From the IMG/VR virus record IMGVR_UViG_3300027849_000014, positions 1 to 59,488 of that record: 59,488 nucleotides of DNA; one strand, 5' to 3'. The position numbers and the translations under genes are program-made. Positions within the stretch are counted from its first letter, which is position 1; each line of letters starts with the position of its first letter. Source of the DNA: a virus (taxonomy: Duplodnaviria > Caudoviricetes). Below the pieces are notes generated by a model, which was given only the letters and a program-made list of their open reading frames with translations, had not been told where the DNA came from and did no database searches. Of the stretch, positions 44,451 to 53,843 are shown piece by piece.

Positions 44451-44458
44451 CAAAGATA
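44451..44458 (-). promoter_or_regulatory. -7 box TATCTTTG for the tail operon
   Basis: TAnnTTTG directly after a terminator, upstream of 44432. Confidence 0.7.
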
Positions 44459-44461
44459 AGC

Positions 44462-44493
44462 AAAAAAAAAAGAGGCTACATTTCTGCGGCCTC
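44462..44493 (-). terminator. Intrinsic terminator
   Basis: GAGGCCGCA-gaaa-TGTAGCCTC plus T10. Confidence 0.85.
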
Positions 44494-44551
44494 TTCTAAT
44501 TGTAAGGAGTAATCAATTCCTATGCTAAAAAAACTTTTGTAAAGATATACA

Positions 44552-45304
44552 TTATTTTTTGTTTTCAAGATTTTTTTCAAGAAACTTTAATACTTCAATA
44601 CCTTCGTCAGACTGAAGATAACCAGCTACTACGTAGAAAGGGTCTTCTCCAAAAGGAATGTTAACCATTCTTTTTTTATTCTTGTCTGTATTAAAATATA
44701 CATCCTTCTTGTGATTTTTAAATATTAGTACCTTGTGAGAAAAGAACTCTTTTACTTTAGAGTTTAGCTTTAACGTAGGGTCCTTTACTGCTCGTAAAAA
44801 TTCTGCTGGCGCTTGCTCAGCATATATTAATATATCTCTTTTTAATTCTGCTGATGTTGTTCTTGATATATCTGTATTAAAAAGAACTCTAGCTAAAGAT
44901 TCCACTTGGTCTATTTCTAATTGACGAGCCTCTATAAGAGCGTCAACTCTAGAATTTAAAACAGCCATCTCTTCTTGAGCATCTTTCTCTACATCTACTT
45001 CTATGAATTTAGAACCATTCATAGGGTGGTAGTGTAGGAATTCTTGAAGTGATTGATTAGTTCTTGGAACAGATAAAAATCCATCCTCAAACACAATCGG
45101 CTCTACTATAGCGTTTCCATCTTGCTCGTCCTCAAAGGGACTTTTCTGATTTCTAGCATAACGCAGGGCTCTATTGGTACCTGAAGCTTCATCAAAATGC
45201 ATTAAGGGATATCTTCTTGAGTTTCTAGTTGGCAGCATAAAAGAAAGAGGAGCTGCATCTCTTGTTAGTTTGTAAGTCTTGTTGACTAATTGTTTAGTTT
45301 TCAT
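44552..45304 (-). CDS. Conserved hypothetical protein downstream of the capsid gene
   Basis: ORF track. Confidence 0.75.
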   Translation of the reverse strand: MKTKQLVNKTYKLTRDAAPLSFMLPTRNSRRYPLMHFDEASGTNRALRYARNQKSPFEDEQDGNAIVEPIVFEDGFLSVPRTNQSLQEFLHYHPMNGSKFIEVDVEKDAQEEMAVLNSRVDALIEARQLEIDQVESLARVLFNTDISRTTSAELKRDILIYAEQAPAEFLRAVKDPTLKLNSKVKEFFSHKVLIFKNHKKDVYFNTDKNKKRMVNIPFGEDPFYVVAGYLQSDEGIEVLKFLEKNLENKK

Positions 45305-45324
45305 TTGATTATAATTTAATTATT

Positions 45325-45358
45325 AAAAAAAAAAGGAGGGCATATTTATATACCCTCC
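45325..45358 (-). terminator. Intrinsic terminator after the major capsid gene
   Basis: GGAGGG-N12-CCCTCC plus T10. Confidence 0.85.
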
Positions 45359-45373
45359 TATTATTTAAACTAC

Positions 45374-46846
45374 TTAATCTTGGAAGATTACGAAGTTGTT
45401 TGCACCCATAGTACATACACATCTTTCAGATAGGAAATTTACTTCCATCGCATCTAAATCAGATGTCATTGCACCACCAGCTGAACCTGTAATCCAAGTC
45501 TTGTACTTTCTGTCTTCAGTTTCTGAAGCTCTGTAACGTACATGTAAGAAAGGACGCTTAGCATTCTTCCCAAGGATTTGGTCATAAACAGTAGTAGAAC
45601 CTGCTGGTACTAACATTCCGTTTACAGCTCCTACTCCAGTTAAACCACCTCTCATAGTTGGGTCGTTTAAGTATTTCCAGTCAGACTTGTAAAAGTCATA
45701 ACCTCTACGGAATCCTGTGAATCCAAGGTTTAATGCCATCTCCTCGTCATTGTCAAACAATCCGTAAGATGTACCACCTGCTCCGTAAGAGTTTTGTGAC
45801 GCTAACATATCATCAATATCAAATCCAAACTGTCTGTTTAAGAAAAGTACGTTCTCTTCAATCGCACCTTGCTTATCTAAACGAGAGATAATTGCATCAA
45901 AGTCTGCAAGAGCAACGGGGTTTCCACCAGCCCATACATTTCCTCTAGTTTCCACTGCGTGGAAGATACCTTCAGAACCTTTGTTTCCTACATCTCCACC
46001 AGCTGCAATTGCTCCAGAACCTGCTTCTGCTGGCACTGCTTCAATCATTGCTGTCTCTAGGTAGTCATCAAAACGCAAACGAGTTTCATGCTCAGACTTC
46101 AAGTACCATAAGTATCCTGAAGCTCCGTTCTCTGTAGTTACTTCAATCCATCCGATTTGAGCCATATCAGAACCTGATACTGCATACTTATCTTTGATGA
46201 TGATTGGAGAGTTGTCGAAGATTTCATCTTCAGCCTCTAAAGAACCCTGCATTCCGTTACTTCCTTTTTTGAATTCAGAACCATAGATAAAGATAGTTAC
46301 ATCTGCATTACCTGCACCTGTACCACCTGTAAATCCTGCAGCATTATAAAACGCTACTGTGATTTGGTTATCATTTAATCCACCTGCAACACCTACTGCT
46401 GTTACAATTCCTTTGAATTCTCCTGAACCGTCATTGTTAGTAACAACTAAAGTTTGACCTACACGAATAGCAATAGTTCCAGCTGTTAAGCCTGTTGCAG
46501 CTCGGTCTGGTACTAACGCATCGTTAATATCAAATGTTACGTTGTCTCCAGCGATTACTGCGCCAGTTCCACACTGTGTATATTTAGTGTGTAATCTTCC
46601 TTGCTCTGCCCACTTTACTAAGTCTGAGTTACTTGGTAGCTCAGCTCCTACTAAACGTAAGAAAGAAGAAATAGTTCTGTTACCATAACGCTCAAATTCT
46701 TTTTCATAAGTGTCTGGTAAATACTGATTCAAAAAGTTGAAATCAGTAATGTAATTTGTAGCCAACGGCACCTGTTGTGGTGCTGGCTGTAGTTGAAAAC
46801 CTGGTCCTACTGGGGTAGTATTCGGTCCTAATAATTGTCCTGCCAT
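45374..46846 (-). CDS. Major capsid protein
   Basis: 490 aa after portal and scaffold, followed by a terminator; QYLPD..EKEFERYGNR and WAEQGRLH motifs; strong codon bias. Confidence 0.85.
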   Translation of the reverse strand: MAGQLLGPNTTPVGPGFQLQPAPQQVPLATNYITDFNFLNQYLPDTYEKEFERYGNRTISSFLRLVGAELPSNSDLVKWAEQGRLHTKYTQCGTGAVIAGDNVTFDINDALVPDRAATGLTAGTIAIRVGQTLVVTNNDGSGEFKGIVTAVGVAGGLNDNQITVAFYNAAGFTGGTGAGNADVTIFIYGSEFKKGSNGMQGSLEAEDEIFDNSPIIIKDKYAVSGSDMAQIGWIEVTTENGASGYLWYLKSEHETRLRFDDYLETAMIEAVPAEAGSGAIAAGGDVGNKGSEGIFHAVETRGNVWAGGNPVALADFDAIISRLDKQGAIEENVLFLNRQFGFDIDDMLASQNSYGAGGTSYGLFDNDEEMALNLGFTGFRRGYDFYKSDWKYLNDPTMRGGLTGVGAVNGMLVPAGSTTVYDQILGKNAKRPFLHVRYRASETEDRKYKTWITGSAGGAMTSDLDAMEVNFLSERCVCTMGANNFVIFQD

Positions 46847-46868
46847 TTTTTTATTTTTTTAAATGTGG

Positions 46869-47954
46869 TTAATTTCTTTTAATACTCTTAATCTTTAACC
46901 CCTTACCTTCACTTGCATTTACTGCACGATATTGAGTTCCACCTTTTACGGTTGTCTCTGGAGCAGAACGTGTAGTCATATTGATGTTCTTCATCTTTCT
47001 GGTTACGTTATCCGTTGCTGCGGCCATACCTTGCTCATAAAAATACCTAGCGAACTTGTCAGGGTTCATTGCTGCTGATAATGCTTTATGATACTCACCT
47101 GCATTCTTAACTAATCCATCTTCATTTAAGTGTTGGGAAATAAAATTCACCACACTTCCTTGAGATTTTTTAATTTCCTCTGCAGAACCACCTGGATTGT
47201 AAAATAAATTTACATCATCAATAGAAACCTTAAAACCTTTAAAGTCTTGATTCAGTACCTTTTCTGTTTCCTTGTTAAAGAAATCTACTTTCCTGGACTG
47301 TTCTTCTTTTTGAGTATTTGCACTCTCAACATATTGCTTGTACGCCTTGTAGTCTTCGCTGTCCTCAGAAATACCAGTTGCGCTTGACTCAAGCGGCTGG
47401 TGATACATTTCTTTTTGTTCATTGAAAAACTTCTTAGCTTTTACAATAGCCTTTTTCTTTTTTAACTTAGCTCTTTTAACATCAGTCTCGTCATCAATGT
47501 CCTCATCATATTGATAGTCCTCCATTAATAATTCAACGTCATCTTTATCTATACCTTCTTCGGTAGCTAAAAGATACTCGGTTAAAATCTGGTCATCTTC
47601 TAAAGAATCAATGTCTCTGTTTAATTTAACATAGTCCTCAATCCCTCTTCCAGTTTTCTTTTTATATTCAAAATAAGCGGATACATCTTCTGGTAACTCT
47701 TCATTACCTTCTTTCTCTGTAAACAACTGGTCTACAGATGATATATCTTTATCATACCTGTTCTTAATAAAGTCAAGTACATCTTTTTCTTCTAGCTGAG
47801 GACTTGTTGTTTCTTCTGAAACAGTTGTTTCCTCCACAGCTGTTGGCTGTGTTTGCTCTTCGTGCTTCTCTTCAACTTTTTGAATTAAAGATTCCTCTAC
47901 TTGAGCTGCTGATTTTTCTTCTACAGAACCTACTTCTTTTACTGTGTATTCCAT
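46869..47954 (-). CDS. Putative capsid scaffolding protein
   Basis: Very acidic and helical with a basic C-terminus; between portal and capsid. Confidence 0.7.
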   Translation of the reverse strand: MEYTVKEVGSVEEKSAAQVEESLIQKVEEKHEEQTQPTAVEETTVSEETTSPQLEEKDVLDFIKNRYDKDISSVDQLFTEKEGNEELPEDVSAYFEYKKKTGRGIEDYVKLNRDIDSLEDDQILTEYLLATEEGIDKDDVELLMEDYQYDEDIDDETDVKRAKLKKKKAIVKAKKFFNEQKEMYHQPLESSATGISEDSEDYKAYKQYVESANTQKEEQSRKVDFFNKETEKVLNQDFKGFKVSIDDVNLFYNPGGSAEEIKKSQGSVVNFISQHLNEDGLVKNAGEYHKALSAAMNPDKFARYFYEQGMAAATDNVTRKMKNINMTTRSAPETTVKGGTQYRAVNASEGKGLKIKSIKRN

Positions 47955-47971
47955 TTGATTAAATTTTAGTA

Positions 47972-47979
47972 CAAATATA
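47972..47979 (-). promoter_or_regulatory. -7 box TATATTTG for scaffold/capsid
   Basis: Intergenic TAnnTTTG. Confidence 0.72.
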
Positions 47980-48007
47980 GTACAATTAATTATTACATTT
48001 TATTTAC

Positions 48008-50443
48008 TTATCTTGGGTCAAATTCTGCTAAATCAAAACCATCTAGGCTGTCTTCATTAGACTCAAACCTTTGAGGTGGTAAATTATTTTTTCTTTGATT
48101 TATAAGTCTTGACTGTTCGCTGTTCGCCTGACTTATTCTGCCTGACTTGGCCGACTCTCTGCCTGCTTCCCTTGTTGCTAAGGCCTCAGCCTCCATTCCA
48201 TTAAGCTGCTGGTTATAGCTAAACTCTTCAGCCATAAGCATGCTTTTAAGTTGAGCCTGATTCTTCATCTTCTCTATTTCAAAAGCTATCTCCGCTTGTT
48301 TCATTTGCATTTTGGCCTGCATCTCCGCTTGAGATTTCTGCATTGCCATCTGGCCTGCCATCTGCTGAGATTTTAATTGTGAAGCCGCTTGCATCTGCTG
48401 TTGAAGCATAGCCGCTTTCTGGTCTGCGTCTTGCTTCTGCTTTCTTTTTACTTTAAGCAATTGATTAGCAAGCTTTATGTTTTTTATTTCTCTAATATCA
48501 ATTGCATCTTCAAGATTAATATCTCCCTTAGATAAAGCCATCTGAATGTTCTGCTCCAGCTTAGCCTTCTCTTCTTCGTCAGGGGCTACATCTATAAATA
48601 TTCCAAAGTCGTATATGTATAAATCTGAAATATCATTTAATATACTTACGTTATATTTTCCTATCTTATTAATGAAGTCATCTTTAAAATCCGAGTACTC
48701 TAATACATCTGCAATTCTATATGTTAAAGCCTCTGACAATGTTCTATATATATATAAACTACCCTGAAGTATGTGTCTAGTTGCTGTGTTAGAATTTAAA
48801 GCGGCAAGCTTCTGTAATCCTACTAGAGAATTAGGGTCGGGACTAGAGCCATCTCTCGCCTCGTTTAAGCCTGTTACCTGGCGAATCATCCCTAGGTAAT
48901 GGTTATAGTTAGATATAAGCATTTGAGTCTTACTAGCTCCGCTATTGGATGTCAGTTGCTGTATAGGTACACGAGCTTGATTGAAATCTCCGTCTTGTGT
49001 GTAGCTTCTACCAACTACACTACCAGTCTGAAAATATAATCTTAATGCGTCTTCAGGGTTGTAGGCTTGTCCTGTCCCTAGGTCTACTTCACTTAATCCA
49101 TCCGCGTCAATAAACACACCGTCTGGAACAACTCTTGCTATTACCTGCTGTAGTTTTAAATGAGTAAGCTGTATGAGGTCTGTAAACGGAATCATTCTTC
49201 TAACTAAAGATTCAATAACTCCCTTGTACATTCTTGGTGCTACCGCTACGTAATTAGGCATAGCGTGTTGAGAGGCTGACTGAGGTCTTACCATATTCTT
49301 AGCAAGCTCCCATTTTAAAATTATATCCGTACCCATCACCATTACACCGTCATACCAAACGTCAATTGTTTTAGACACCTTTTCAAACTTGCCGTCTTCC
49401 ATCATATCTAAAGGAGGATTAAATCGGTCGTCTTTCTCAATCATTTTTACTCCTCCATTATCAGAAACTTTTTTCTTATAAACCATTTTTTTTGTGGTCT
49501 TATAATTAAAGTATAACAATGTCACTGTGTCTCTAGTAAAAATATCATTCTGCTGCATCTGCGCAACATTATAATAGTCATACCAGCTTTGACTGTACTT
49601 GGATATTTTCTCTAAGTCTTCATTCGTAAGGCTTGGGTCTATCTTTAAGAGCTCTGTGATTGGAACCACTTTTATTTCTCCCCAATAGAAACAGTCTTTA
49701 AAGTGTGGGTCTTCTGTATAGCTGTATACTATATTAGCAGGGTCTACATACGAGACCTGAACCCCTGAACCTGGCAGAAACTCATGCTTTGCACAACCAA
49801 TACCTATAACTGTTAAGTCATAGTCTATTCTTTTTCTTGTATCATCGTAATGGTTCTCCGAAAACATTGTGTCAATCGCCTCTTCCTCAGCTATCTCTAT
49901 AGCTGGCTTATAGTTAAGGGTCATATACAGGGTAAGCTCTTCATCGTTCTCAGGAATACTCTCAGGGTTCATAGTAAACGGGTCTACACCTGTTGCTTTT
50001 TGAATGTCCAGAAGAAGGTCTTTAGCCGCCATCTGCGACTCAACTATATCTTGATACTTACTTCTTTTACCCTGTGACAAAGCGTCCTGAGCATAGGCCT
50101 TAACTTTAAAAAGTCTATCAGACATTCCGTTAACAACTATATCTACAAACTTAGGAAGTATAGGGACGGGTGTCCAGTCAAGGTTTAGGTAAGACAAGTC
50201 TCCGTCTACTGCCAGTTCACTTTTATATTTTGCAACAGACTGTTCGCCTCTTGCATATAAACGAAGTCTATGAAAATCTCTCCACTGACCGTAGTATCTA
50301 CTTCCATTGCCGTCTTTCTTAAACCACTCATACTGTATCGCTTGCCCTATCTGTAAGCCAAACTCATCAGTGGCTTTTTCGGCATCTGATACAAATTGAC
50401 TAGGGAATCCTACAGATGAAATATCTATCTTAACTTCTTTCAT
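48008..50443 (-). CDS. Portal protein
   Basis: 811 aa directly after terminase; PILPKFVDIVVNG motif; Gln/Met-rich C-terminal coiled coil (P22-type barrel). Confidence 0.85.
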   Translation of the reverse strand: MKEVKIDISSVGFPSQFVSDAEKATDEFGLQIGQAIQYEWFKKDGNGSRYYGQWRDFHRLRLYARGEQSVAKYKSELAVDGDLSYLNLDWTPVPILPKFVDIVVNGMSDRLFKVKAYAQDALSQGKRSKYQDIVESQMAAKDLLLDIQKATGVDPFTMNPESIPENDEELTLYMTLNYKPAIEIAEEEAIDTMFSENHYDDTRKRIDYDLTVIGIGCAKHEFLPGSGVQVSYVDPANIVYSYTEDPHFKDCFYWGEIKVVPITELLKIDPSLTNEDLEKISKYSQSWYDYYNVAQMQQNDIFTRDTVTLLYFNYKTTKKMVYKKKVSDNGGVKMIEKDDRFNPPLDMMEDGKFEKVSKTIDVWYDGVMVMGTDIILKWELAKNMVRPQSASQHAMPNYVAVAPRMYKGVIESLVRRMIPFTDLIQLTHLKLQQVIARVVPDGVFIDADGLSEVDLGTGQAYNPEDALRLYFQTGSVVGRSYTQDGDFNQARVPIQQLTSNSGASKTQMLISNYNHYLGMIRQVTGLNEARDGSSPDPNSLVGLQKLAALNSNTATRHILQGSLYIYRTLSEALTYRIADVLEYSDFKDDFINKIGKYNVSILNDISDLYIYDFGIFIDVAPDEEEKAKLEQNIQMALSKGDINLEDAIDIREIKNIKLANQLLKVKRKQKQDADQKAAMLQQQMQAASQLKSQQMAGQMAMQKSQAEMQAKMQMKQAEIAFEIEKMKNQAQLKSMLMAEEFSYNQQLNGMEAEALATREAGRESAKSGRISQANSEQSRLINQRKNNLPPQRFESNEDSLDGFDLAEFDPR

Positions 50444-52693
50444 CTATCTTATTAAATCGCTTGTTAATCCCTTATTGGTATACCTCGCAAAGTTAATGGA
50501 AATTTTCGAGCTTTTCTTTTCAGGTGTATAAAGATGTTTTTGGCAGGCCATTATAGCTAAGCCACTACTAATTGAAGCATCAAACTTGGTTCTATTGGAT
50601 ATGTCAAACTTAGCCCAATCCTCTAGCGTCCTAGTAAAAACCATTGTCCCCATTAGGTCAGAGTCTCTAAATGTTTCCTCTATATCTAAGCCCACATGTT
50701 TTTCAATATATGATTCTATTGCCGCAGCATGAGCCTGCTTTATATCTTCACTTGAGTTAGGTATACCACCCAGCTCTCTTTCTGTTATAGATAGTTTATT
50801 GTACGGCTTGTCAGGTCTATTAATACAGAACCCTCGATAGCCTCTATTCTTAAAATGGTAAAGCAGTCTAGGCTTATTGTTCTCTATAAGTATAGGCATT
50901 CCATAAAAGACACAGGCCATTAGCACTTCTTCAAAAAATATCTCTGCTGTTTGCGGTCTCGCCACATACTCAAGAAAAAACTCATTGCTAGGAGCTTCGT
51001 CCATATTAAACTTAGTTAGCCCATGCAGCGCACCGTTAGATGCTCCGCCACCAACAGTTCCTGAGATGTCATAGCTATCACATCCAAATGCGCCAAGGTG
51101 TTCATTGGCAGGTAATTTTCTTCCATTCCTATTTATAAATCTATTCTGTAAATTTTTGTTTGGAGTCCATGATACTAAAAACCTTCCTCCTCTGTTTGGA
51201 GTCCATATTACTTCTGTATCTTTTATTCCGTTCTTCCATGAAAACGAACCTCTTGTTAAGTGGTGCTCCCTTATAACAGAATCGTTGTAGTCTATCTGCT
51301 GATAAATTCTTGTTAAATTAAATAAAGATTGCTTACTCTCATCTCTGAACGCATGTGATTCTGTTCTAGGAAATTGTCTGTAGAATTCATTCAAAGCATC
51401 AGGGTCACTCTTTAAAGAGTCTACCTCATTCTCCCAATAATCAATTGCACCTTGATTTATTTTTTCTCCATCTACACCAAGCAAGGGTTTAACGGGAGCT
51501 CTGAATACAGGCATGCCATACCTGTCTATAAATCCTTCCATGTTCCACTCCATTGGAATAAACAAACTATATAATCCGCTTTTAGTTTGTCCGTTGGAAT
51601 TTCTTTTTTCTAATGATGAGTCTTCAAATAGCTTTTTAAAGTTAGCCCCTCCTTTGCTCAAGGCATTAGAAGTAGAACCCATCATACATTTACCAATAAC
51701 CCTACTACCTAAACGTAAACAGGTCTTTGTAACTCGCCAGTTATTTAGTATGTTGTTAGGCTTTATCCATTTTCCGCTTTCATCATGAACAAGTAGTAAT
51801 AACTTTTCTCCATCATAAGAGTTGTCGTCAGTGTTTTTCCAGTCAATGGTTGTATCTAACCCTAACAGTTCTTCTGTGTCTGACTTATACATATTCTTTT
51901 TTGTAATCTTAGACGCAGGTATCCTAAACGCTAGTTCTGTTTTAGGCTTATCCATACCGTCCTGAATAGGCTTAAAAAAGAAAGGCAATCTATTTGCTAT
52001 AGGAACAACCTTGTCTGTAAACATTTTCTTTGAATCAGAACCTGTCTTTGATAGAATACCAACCCTCGCATCCTTAGCTAAGGTTCCTGTATTTACACAC
52101 TCCGATGAGCCCATATAAGAAAACCCTGACCTCCTTATCTTAAGGTACGTCATTCCAAAGGACCTAGTGTCTGCCTTGCATGCCTCCCAAAAAATATAAA
52201 ATATTCTATTAGCTTCCCTGTAATCTGGATAACCAACATCAATAGAAGTCCATTGAAGGTACATGTAATGAGCGCCAGTTATATATGTGTGCTCTCCGTT
52301 GTTATAAAACCAATGCCCCAACTCCCTACTGTCAAACTCTTTTTCTATATAGTCTACCCAGTTGTTTTTAAATTCATTAGGCATTTCATTCCATTGAAAT
52401 ATAGATTGAATTTTATTAAGCTGTTTAGGTATGTCAATTCGTTCCCAGTATTGCATAGCCTTAGACTTAGAGCGAGAATGTATTTTCTTAGGAACTTTTG
52501 GTAAAGCAATTATCAGCCCCTGAACATTTAACACCTCTCCTATCTCACCGCTTTTAGATATACATATTAAGTCATACTTTTCATTGTATCCGTAATCCCA
52601 ACTCTTGTTTCTGTTCTTGTTGGAGAGTACTGACTTAGGCACATAATCTTCTAAAGATTTATACAGCGCTTTATTTTGACCTTCTTTCTGCAA
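50444..52693 (-). CDS. terL: Terminase large subunit
   Basis: LKIRRSGFS Walker A variant, LVHDESGK Walker B, MGST coupling motif, FGCDSYD nuclease motif, LIENNK. Confidence 0.9.
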   Translation of the reverse strand: MQKEGQNKALYKSLEDYVPKSVLSNKNRNKSWDYGYNEKYDLICISKSGEIGEVLNVQGLIIALPKVPKKIHSRSKSKAMQYWERIDIPKQLNKIQSIFQWNEMPNEFKNNWVDYIEKEFDSRELGHWFYNNGEHTYITGAHYMYLQWTSIDVGYPDYREANRIFYIFWEACKADTRSFGMTYLKIRRSGFSYMGSSECVNTGTLAKDARVGILSKTGSDSKKMFTDKVVPIANRLPFFFKPIQDGMDKPKTELAFRIPASKITKKNMYKSDTEELLGLDTTIDWKNTDDNSYDGEKLLLLVHDESGKWIKPNNILNNWRVTKTCLRLGSRVIGKCMMGSTSNALSKGGANFKKLFEDSSLEKRNSNGQTKSGLYSLFIPMEWNMEGFIDRYGMPVFRAPVKPLLGVDGEKINQGAIDYWENEVDSLKSDPDALNEFYRQFPRTESHAFRDESKQSLFNLTRIYQQIDYNDSVIREHHLTRGSFSWKNGIKDTEVIWTPNRGGRFLVSWTPNKNLQNRFINRNGRKLPANEHLGAFGCDSYDISGTVGGGASNGALHGLTKFNMDEAPSNEFFLEYVARPQTAEIFFEEVLMACVFYGMPILIENNKPRLLYHFKNRGYRGFCINRPDKPYNKLSITERELGGIPNSSEDIKQAHAAAIESYIEKHVGLDIEETFRDSDLMGTMVFTRTLEDWAKFDISNRTKFDASISSGLAIMACQKHLYTPEKKSSKISINFARYTNKGLTSDLIR
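50488..50495 (-). promoter_or_regulatory. Possible portal promoter -7 box TAACTTTG within the terL 3' end
   Basis: TAnnTTTG 44 nt upstream of the portal start. Confidence 0.5.
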
Positions 52694-52952
52694 ATCCTTG
52701 TTTTGTGTTTACTTTATTATCACTACCATCTAAATCTAAAGCGGCTCTCTCTGCTTCTATTCTGTTTAGTATTTCAAACGCATCGAATATTGCGAGCTTT
52801 TTAGTTGCTGCCGCATTCTTTAATCTGTCTGCTGCTAAGTCGTCTTCGGGGTCGTGCTTTATAATGTCTTCTCTTGCAACTTTTATTAACTGCTCCACCG
52901 CGCTTCTGGCAGCAGATATAATATCTAGTTTTATTTCTGTGTTTGATTTCAT
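52671..52952 (-). CDS. Small helical protein, candidate terminase small subunit
   Basis: Immediately upstream of and overlapping terL; GFAERR C-terminus. Confidence 0.5.
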   Translation of the reverse strand: MKSNTEIKLDIISAARSAVEQLIKVAREDIIKHDPEDDLAADRLKNAAATKKLAIFDAFEILNRIEAERAALDLDGSDNKVNTKQGFAERRSK

Positions 52953-53512
52953 AGTATCATTGTTATTTGATGGTCGAACATACGATAAAGCTTTTCTCCA
53001 TCAACCTCAAACTCATACTCGCTGTCAGGCTTAAAAGAAATTAAATCTCCCTTCTTAACTCCTTGGCTAATTAATTTTTCGTTTGGAATCTCTACTAAAC
53101 CAACCAAAGGTTCTTCCTTTGTGTTCTTAAATATAATAGACTCTTTTGTTTTTACTGGCTTTATGTAGCAGTACCTATCATGGGCATGCCAAACATTATC
53201 TTGTTTGTATGCAAAGTACTGGTCGTGGTCTACTAAGAATAGGTTGTCTTTAAAAAAACTTTTACCGCTTCTCCTTTGTCCCCTGATGTCGTTGTAGAAT
53301 TTAAAAACATTGTGATGAACAAGGAGGGTGTCTCCTTCTTTTATGGGACCAGAATAATTTATAGGCAATGCTTTTACTTCGGCATATCTATTTGAATATC
53401 TTACATCCTCCTCTGAAGAGCTGACTAAAAAGTCTATACCTCCAATGTTTTTAGTATTGGAGTATCTTTTATTTTCTCTGGGGGTTACTATAAAGTCTGT
53501 TGGTGATTTCAA
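52949..53512 (-). CDS. Hypothetical protein with two GroES-like beta repeats
   Basis: IKEGDTLLVHH and VKKGDLISF resemble the GroES VKxGDxV motif. Confidence 0.5.
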   Translation of the reverse strand: MKSPTDFIVTPRENKRYSNTKNIGGIDFLVSSSEEDVRYSNRYAEVKALPINYSGPIKEGDTLLVHHNVFKFYNDIRGQRRSGKSFFKDNLFLVDHDQYFAYKQDNVWHAHDRYCYIKPVKTKESIIFKNTKEEPLVGLVEIPNEKLISQGVKKGDLISFKPDSEYEFEVDGEKLYRMFDHQITMIL

Positions 53513-53733
53513 AAGTTTATGTTGTATTCAATGGACACAGGCATAGCAGGGCTAAACTCTTTCCAAAGAACAATAACATCATCTTCTTCTATGTAAATCT
53601 TGTAGGACTGTAATACAGAGTCGTACTTTATTAAATGAATCTTGTATGCTCCATTCAAAACGTTCTGACCTACCAGGTAATGCATAGCTCCAGACTTATA
53701 ATCTGGACCGACAGATATTTTTCTTATATCCAT
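53509..53733 (-). CDS. Small conserved hypothetical protein
   Basis: IRKISVG.DYK..AMHY.VGQ; ORF track. Confidence 0.7.
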   Translation of the reverse strand: MDIRKISVGPDYKSGAMHYLVGQNVLNGAYKIHLIKYDSVLQSYKIYIEEDDVIVLWKEFSPAMPVSIEYNINF

Positions 53734-53843
53734 TATATTAAATTAAAAATTTATATTATCTTTGTTCAAGTCTCTACAACATCAAGTCAATGGTTTTCGA
53801 TTTCGGTCAATTCTGTTGACTTTTTACTTTAAATAAAATTCAC

